DNA from: a virus
Lineage: Duplodnaviria; Caudoviricetes
DNA: 59,239 nucleotides
IMG/VR virus record: IMGVR_UViG_3300030104_003308
Coordinates: 1-59,239 of that record
Strand: one strand, 5' to 3'
This document shows positions 53,649 through 59,239 of this stretch, piece by piece. Numbering within the stretch: the stretch's first letter is position 1; every line of letters starts with the position of its first letter. The notes under the pieces were generated by a model. It saw only the letters and a list, made by a program, of their open reading frames with translations. It was not told where the DNA came from and ran no database searches. The translations under genes were made by a program, and so were the position numbers.

Positions 53649-56197
53649 TATCCTATATCCTGTGCAATGATAAAACCATAGACAGTTCTGTCTGCGACAG
53701 TAGCTCCACCACCAGTACCTGGACACCAAAAACCATACAGGTCTGTCGTGTTTGCTGCTTGCACTGGTGCTGCTCCACCAGCCCAATTAACTGTAACTTC
53801 GTCTGCGTTACCCGATGTTCCAGTCCACTGAATGGCGTACACAGTAGCTCCCATTTTAACTCTTAAAGTAAACCAGTGAGCATTATCTCCAATCATCGTA
53901 TCAATTTGATTAAGTCGAAAAGAGGTAACATTTGTTGCTGAACCACCAGTAAAATCTGCTGTAATAGTATTTCTAGTGGATGGGGCAAAAGTAGATGAAG
54001 TAATAGTATAATTCGAGTTACTTTCTACATAGCCAGTATGAAAATCAATAACACTCCCAATACTAAAATGATAAGCACCAGCAGAATTTTCACCTATGCT
54101 AGGTTCAAATCTAAACTTTTGATCTTCATAACACATAAGACCAGTTGAAGTTGACGTGCTTTGTGCATTTCTCCAGCGAATATAAGTAGCGTTGGTTGTT
54201 GATTGTAAGCCTAAAAGTGTAGCATCCCCCACTATATCCAATTCATATCTTGGACCAGTTACATTGGCATCTACATCCATACCAAGACCCAGTCTACCTT
54301 CTGAGTCTAAGACCATCTTAGGATCAGTTGTATTGGTAAGAGCACTAGTTCCTGTAGTAAATTCTAACTTACCAGATGTACCAGTCGCATCGTCTGTCTT
54401 TGCTTTTATGATTGCATAAGCGTTGTTATCTACGCTTGTTTGAAACCAAATACCACCTAAGTCTGCGTTATCATTAGCTCCAGCATTTGCCTCGTAGTAA
54501 AGAACAGGAGGGTTGGTTGTACCAGCGTCTGTTCTTTTTAAATAAATCGAAGTGTCTGCTGCACTAGCACCTGAAGTATGTATTGCGTAGGTAGGGTCTA
54601 TTCCGACACCTATCTTTGTGTCTGCCCTGAACCCACCAGTGTAAGAAGTATCTATTGAAGCTACGTTAGAAGCAACTGTTCCTTGCAAGAATGGCATTTC
54701 AGTAACTGACAGACCCTCAACTTTTGTTCCGTTAATTCTAAGAAAGTCATCGTCTGCGATATTTGCGTCAAACTGGGCAACATTGTCTGAAGCGATACCA
54801 ACATTTAAAGTCGAAGCTGTACCAAGACCACCAACTTGAAAAGTTTCCCAAGCAATGTATTCAATGATGTCGCCAGTATTTAGGCCACTAACAGTTACCA
54901 TTATTCCACCAGATACCGAGGTTTCAGTAAAATCTGCTGGAGCAAGTTTTACCCCATTTAAATAGACGTCAATAAAGCCAGCCGTCCCAGCAACAGTTTC
55001 TGCATGACTGCTTCCTGAAGTGTGGTTATGGACAGTTCTGTTAGAAGAATACTGTGGGCTTGTCTTTACCCACGCACTATCTGTCTTAACATAAAGAGCA
55101 TTTCCGATAGAAGCGTTTGGATTGGTGCTAAAAAATAAATCACCTGTGTTTACGTTTGTTGATGGAGGATTTTGACTAGCTCCGTGATAGGTGGAGTTAA
55201 AGTTATCATACAGCGTCTGTGCTACAGTAGCATAGTGCAGGGCAGACTTTCCTTGTGTTCCGTTATTTAAAGTGAATGTTGAGTTTAATGGTTCTAAGGC
55301 AAGCTTTACTGCATCATCTCTTGCATTGGTAGCAGTATCTTTTGATGCCGTTGCAGAGATAGAACTATTATTAGCAGCAGTAGCAGAGTTTCCAGCAGAC
55401 ACGTTATGTGCCGATGCTTCAGTGTTGTAGTGTAAAGCAGAATAGCCAGTAGTCACTCCGTCAGCTAACGTAAATTGAGAGTTGTGAGCAGTAGTTGCCA
55501 GCTTTTGTGCATCGGATTTGTGTTCACCTGCTGTAGTTTGGGCTTGTAAAGCAGTCGCTCTATGTTGATCGGCAGCATCTGCATTATACTTTGCAGAAAA
55601 ATCAGTTCCCACAACAGCAGTTCCTAACTTAGTAGCCCAGTCTTTGGCAGAACCAGTGGTTACTGTTGTGCCGACAGCATGTTCTTTTGCTGAGAAATCA
55701 GTGCCAGATACAGCACTTCCAGTCTTGGTTGCCCATTCCTGTGCTCCAGATACGTCTACAAGCTTAGTAGTATTGGCACTAGCTATTAAAGAAGCTTCGT
55801 CAGCAAAAGCCTGACCATTAGCTTGAGCAGAGCCAGTAAATCCATGAATTAAGTAAATATCATTGTTAGACAGTGTAGCAAGGTCAAAGTTTTTGTAAGC
55901 TGTTGAGTTGGTGAAAACCCCACGAGGGTTGAAAAAAGTTGTGAGATCAGTCCAGCCTGAATTTGGGTTTGCGTACTGACCAACTCGAACTTGGATTTTT
56001 TTAGTAGTCGCATCAAATTGAAATTGGAAGTTGTCAGCCTTAAACACCCCAGTTGACGAGTCAAACATATCATCGAGAAGATCATGCAGTTGTCGGTTTC
56101 CGATCTCTGCTGCTTCAAGATATGTGTCGAGATTATGTGTGCCTGTCTTCGATGAGACAAACTGTATCTGTTCGCCTTTAGGAGTTGTCTGTGCCAT
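53648..56197 (-). CDS. Tail fibre protein
   Basis: Repeats WATK.G.AV.GTDFSAK and SALHY; VYLNGVKL; GRLGLG. Confidence 0.75.
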   Translation of the reverse strand: MAQTTPKGEQIQFVSSKTGTHNLDTYLEAAEIGNRQLHDLLDDMFDSSTGVFKADNFQFQFDATTKKIQVRVGQYANPNSGWTDLTTFFNPRGVFTNSTAYKNFDLATLSNNDIYLIHGFTGSAQANGQAFADEASLIASANTTKLVDVSGAQEWATKTGSAVSGTDFSAKEHAVGTTVTTGSAKDWATKLGTAVVGTDFSAKYNADAADQHRATALQAQTTAGEHKSDAQKLATTAHNSQFTLADGVTTGYSALHYNTEASAHNVSAGNSATAANNSSISATASKDTATNARDDAVKLALEPLNSTFTLNNGTQGKSALHYATVAQTLYDNFNSTYHGASQNPPSTNVNTGDLFFSTNPNASIGNALYVKTDSAWVKTSPQYSSNRTVHNHTSGSSHAETVAGTAGFIDVYLNGVKLAPADFTETSVSGGIMVTVSGLNTGDIIEYIAWETFQVGGLGTASTLNVGIASDNVAQFDANIADDDFLRINGTKVEGLSVTEMPFLQGTVASNVASIDTSYTGGFRADTKIGVGIDPTYAIHTSGASAADTSIYLKRTDAGTTNPPVLYYEANAGANDNADLGGIWFQTSVDNNAYAIIKAKTDDATGTSGKLEFTTGTSALTNTTDPKMVLDSEGRLGLGMDVDANVTGPRYELDIVGDATLLGLQSTTNATYIRWRNAQSTSTSTGLMCYEDQKFRFEPSIGENSAGAYHFSIGSVIDFHTGYVESNSNYTITSSTFAPSTRNTITADFTGGSATNVTSFRLNQIDTMIGDNAHWFTLRVKMGATVYAIQWTGTSGNADEVTVNWAGGAAPVQAANTTDLYGFWCPGTGGGATVADRTVYGFIIAQDIG

Positions 56198-56472
56198 TAT
56201 TCGTAATACCCCAAATCTTTCATTAATCGGATTAACTTTGCCTTAGTCAGAGCGTATTTGTCGTCCTGTGTACTGTTCGATATCTTCATCTCCATGTCCG
56301 TTATCGCTCCTGTAAGTGTGGTTACTTTTTTGTTTAGAACGTCTATTTGTTCTTGTAATCTTTGCTCTCTTAGTTTGGCTTCTGCTTTCTCAAGACTGTT
56401 AGAAACCTCGATAAGTTGAGATGTTTTCACATCCACTTCTTTTTCGAGAGCCTGTCTCTGGGCTTCACTCAT
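56197..56472 (-). CDS. Small coiled-coil protein
   Basis: TAATG coupling with portal and fibre genes. Confidence 0.65.
   Translation of the reverse strand: MSEAQRQALEKEVDVKTSQLIEVSNSLEKAEAKLREQRLQEQIDVLNKKVTTLTGAITDMEMKISNSTQDDKYALTKAKLIRLMKDLGYYE
56235..56266 (-). promoter_or_regulatory. Late promoter motif GGACGAC-N19-CAAAGT
   Basis: About 40 bp upstream of the fibre gene start. Confidence 0.5.
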
Positions 56473-58406
56473 TATCTCCTCGCTTGCTGTAGTGGAACTA
56501 AATTTCCTTTTTGTACTTGGTTTTGAACGTCTTGGTTGGATTGCACATTCGCACCTCTCATCTTTTCCATCATGGAAACTTGCTGAGATGGGGAAGCTCC
56601 TTTTGCTTGGAGTTCCTGTTCGCTAATTCTAAACCTGTCCATGTCTGTTATACCCATAGCTCGTATGGCTTCTTCTGCAATTTGACCTGCGTCATATTCC
56701 ATATTCAGACCAGTCTGTTGCATGATCTGTAGCATGTTCATCCAAGTCTCTGCGTTACGAGTAGGTTCGAGTGGAAGTGTTCCGTCTATAACTAAATAGT
56801 CAATGTCGCCTTGCAGGTCTTTGGATACTTCATAATCGAGGTAGCCGTCCTCCACGACTGATGATAATTGTGTTGGCATATTGGATGGATCAATCTTAAT
56901 TGATCCTTCCATCGTTAGTGCATCTTGAATATTTCCAACCATCATTCTGACCATTGGTCGGATTGTGGTGGCAGACATCACACGAGAGATCACACCAAGA
57001 CGCTGTGATCCAAGTTGAGTAAGACGCTGGATTTCTGTGGCTGTTCGTATGCCGTCTGAGGTAGGCATACCTTGTTGTGCGTCTGAGGCAGCAGAAACTC
57101 TCTGCTTAAATTCAGACATGGCAGCGATGTCATTAAAGTGTCCACGAGTTACGTCTGGGACTTGAGCGATAAAGACGCCATCACCTGGCTTCGTTCCAGG
57201 TAATGTGCGAACAACTCCCCAAGGGTTTCTGTCGATAAGGTCTGTGACAGACACTTGGGTCGGATCAACAAAGATCAAATTATTGAGTGCAGCCGATACG
57301 TTGTCGATGCGAGAACGTAGAAGATACGTTGCGATGTCGTGCATTGGGAGCAAGAGGTCATACAAAGACTGCCCATAGGTCTTATGAGTATCTTGGTAAA
57401 GACCACCAATAGCGATTGGAAATTGCTGTCCGTATGGGTTGAGTTGCATACGAATGACTACGTTCTCGTCTAGGATTGTAATAACTAAATAAATTTGTTC
57501 GATTGAAGGTATGCCAATCTCATAACCAGATAAGCGTACCCATGTTTCATCAACGACACGAGCATCCCCTAAAGTAAAATAAGCATGGTCAGAACGCTCT
57601 CTCTGATGAGGTTGAGCAGGGTCGATTGAAAGACCACGACCTTCTTCCTTATGGAAGTGGTGGGCGTTCCATGCGTTCTTAGGTGGCGTCATCTTGTGGC
57701 GAAGGGCAGGGAACTTTTTAAGTTTGGGATATAAGCCAGAATAAAGAAGGGAGTTGAAGCTCACATAGTCAGAGAAACAGATATACTGCATATTATCCCA
57801 GTCGCCCCAAGACACACGAGGGTCAGGGAAAACTCTTCTAGGATCGAAGTTGACAATTTTATTCTGATTTGTTTTTGCGTCCCATACAACTTTCGTTGGG
57901 GCGAAGCCATAACGGATTGAATCAAGGAGCATTTGAGCTAGTCTGGCTTCCCCTGCTGTCCTTCTCATTTGCTGATGAAGCACCCTTTCTAGGATCATAG
58001 AGGACTGTCGAGACTTCCTGTTCATACCCTCTAGCTGAAACATAGGATTTCTGCCCGATAGAGCAGCCATCATGTACGTTAAGACTGTATCGGCTATTGC
58101 CCTAGTGTCTGCGATAACGGCCTTCTCTCGGTATTCTGTGGCCTCTGGTGGCACATACACATCATGGGCTCGGTCAGCTTCTTTCCAATGGTCATATCGT
58201 TTGGAAATTTTATAGTAGGACATATCGACCATAGACTTCACATAGTCCACGATCTTACGCTCCTGTTCCTCTGTTAAGAGGGAAGAGATGTCTTCATAAG
58301 CAACAAGCTTTTCTGCATACTCTGATAAGTCGCAGACCACACCTTCGTTTGGTCCAGCTTGATAATTTGCCGATCTATAGTTTTGAGTTACGCCTGACTG
58401 TGCCAT
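56472..58406 (-). CDS. Portal protein
   Basis: 644 aa directly after terL; YG..K..W, FPDP, YG.S, RTATEI. Confidence 0.85.
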   Translation of the reverse strand: MAQSGVTQNYRSANYQAGPNEGVVCDLSEYAEKLVAYEDISSLLTEEQERKIVDYVKSMVDMSYYKISKRYDHWKEADRAHDVYVPPEATEYREKAVIADTRAIADTVLTYMMAALSGRNPMFQLEGMNRKSRQSSMILERVLHQQMRRTAGEARLAQMLLDSIRYGFAPTKVVWDAKTNQNKIVNFDPRRVFPDPRVSWGDWDNMQYICFSDYVSFNSLLYSGLYPKLKKFPALRHKMTPPKNAWNAHHFHKEEGRGLSIDPAQPHQRERSDHAYFTLGDARVVDETWVRLSGYEIGIPSIEQIYLVITILDENVVIRMQLNPYGQQFPIAIGGLYQDTHKTYGQSLYDLLLPMHDIATYLLRSRIDNVSAALNNLIFVDPTQVSVTDLIDRNPWGVVRTLPGTKPGDGVFIAQVPDVTRGHFNDIAAMSEFKQRVSAASDAQQGMPTSDGIRTATEIQRLTQLGSQRLGVISRVMSATTIRPMVRMMVGNIQDALTMEGSIKIDPSNMPTQLSSVVEDGYLDYEVSKDLQGDIDYLVIDGTLPLEPTRNAETWMNMLQIMQQTGLNMEYDAGQIAEEAIRAMGITDMDRFRISEQELQAKGASPSQQVSMMEKMRGANVQSNQDVQNQVQKGNLVPLQQARR

Positions 58407-58412
58407 ACTGTT

Positions 58413-58444
58413 GTTTTACCCTCTTTAGTTAATTGTTGTCGTCC
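58413..58444 (-). promoter_or_regulatory. Late promoter motif variant GGACGAC-N19-TAAAAC
   Basis: Intergenic, 6 bp upstream of the portal ATG. Confidence 0.55.
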
Positions 58445-59239
58445 TACAGTGTTCCCCAACCTGCCCATTTAGGGAGTGCCTTACTAACGTGGAGTTTTAG
58501 AGACTTTCCGAAAGTTTCTATGTTGTTTGAGTTGTTGAGAGATTGGGAAGCATCTCCTTGAAGCTCCCATGCGTCTACAGAGATAGATGTTCTTGAAAGA
58601 ACATCTAAAGTAATAGACAGGGCATCTACTTGGTCATCATGGTTTCCGTTGGGAAAGGTGACGGCTTCATCTACGAAACTGTCTAGCCAGTCGGATGATT
58701 GTGGAAGGAAGACACGTCCACCTTCTATGAGAGGAAGGACTGAGTTTACTCTGGCTACTTTATCATTGACGACTTTGTAGGGGATCACAGACATGCCAGA
58801 CTCTCGCTTGAGTTCTTGGAGGATAGACTGACCAGATGCTTTGTCTTCAATGTACATGGCACGAAGACCTTTGCCTCTCCACTTATTGTTCAAGCGTATC
58901 AGTCGTTGCTTCAGTTCTGGGAAGTCGTACTTCCCTCGCATAATGTCTACGATATAAATGTCTCCGTTTCTGTCGATCCCTGCCGTAATTGCTACGGAGT
59001 AGTCGGCTGTTTCGGTTTTCTTGAAAGCTGTGTCCACGCCAATGACGAGGGTTTGAAAATTCTCTGGGGATAAGTCGTCTGGATATGATTGCCACCAATC
59101 TGATTTGATAATGTTACCACCCTCGATATAGGGCGACTGTTGATAGAGAGATGCAAACTCTCTGGGGTTAAGGCGTTCTCGTCTGCGAAGTTCTTCGAGA
59201 GAGAAACGATCAGGCCATAAGGCAACTGTTTCTTCTTCT
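58444..59239 (-). CDS. terL: Terminase large subunit, C-terminal nuclease part
   Basis: LWPDRF...LYQQSP...GVDTAFK...ADYS...IEDKASG...FPNGNHDDQVDA; in frame with 1..873 across the junction. Confidence 0.93.
   Translation of the reverse strand, partial: EEETVALWPDRFSLEELRRRERLNPREFASLYQQSPYIEGGNIIKSDWWQSYPDDLSPENFQTLVIGVDTAFKKTETADYSVAITAGIDRNGDIYIVDIMRGKYDFPELKQRLIRLNNKWRGKGLRAMYIEDKASGQSILQELKRESGMSVIPYKVVNDKVARVNSVLPLIEGGRVFLPQSSDWLDSFVDEAVTFPNGNHDDQVDALSITLDVLSRTSISVDAWELQGDASQSLNNSNNIETFGKSLKLHVSKALPKWAGWGTL
59197..59239. repeat. Terminal overlap, right copy
   Basis: Matches 1..43 with two mismatches. Confidence 0.95.

Noticed and set aside
53649-53786. N-terminal extension of the 51423..53786 ORF
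   Set aside because: Overlaps the upstream fibre gene; TAATG coupling supports a start at 53648
48993-56197. Diversity-generating retroelement or invertible fibre cassette
   Set aside because: No reverse transcriptase, template/variable repeat pair or invertase seen
58444-59037. Stand-alone 197-aa nuclease or split terminase
   Set aside because: It is the C-terminus of terL, continuous across the circular junction

Overview
The window looks like an essentially complete, circularly permuted genome of a temperate tailed phage, probably podovirus-like. A marine alphaproteobacterial host is inferred from the GTA-type 3TM holin, SleB hydrolase and CobS/CobT pair. The last 43 bp repeat the first 43 bp, and the terminase large subunit reads across that junction. 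The + strand early arm carries many small ORFs, a C5-MTase-like gene, a CobS-like AAA+ / CobT-like VWA pair, a LuxR-type HTH and a tyrosine integrase. A central block holds a resolvase, N6-MTase, primase-helicase, Cro-like HTH and a Sak4/SSB/exonuclease module. The - strand late arm runs TerS, TerL, portal, fibres, scaffold, capsid, tail, ejection proteins (including a 3272-aa polyvalent protein) and lysis genes. Main observations: (1) a complete tRNA-Thr(GGT) with its own promoter and flanking arm-type repeats lies antisense inside the integrase ORF (attP within int); (2) a recurring late-promoter motif GGACGAC-N18/19-YANNNT; (3) one cUACGg hairpin with a C-C mismatch shared by the scaffold and capsid leaders; (4) an unannotated ArfA-like microprotein; (5) apparent absence of SCGS tetramers and enrichment of CAGAC; (6) a gene that seems to need an ATC start. 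All calls come from reading motifs by eye; no database searches were run.
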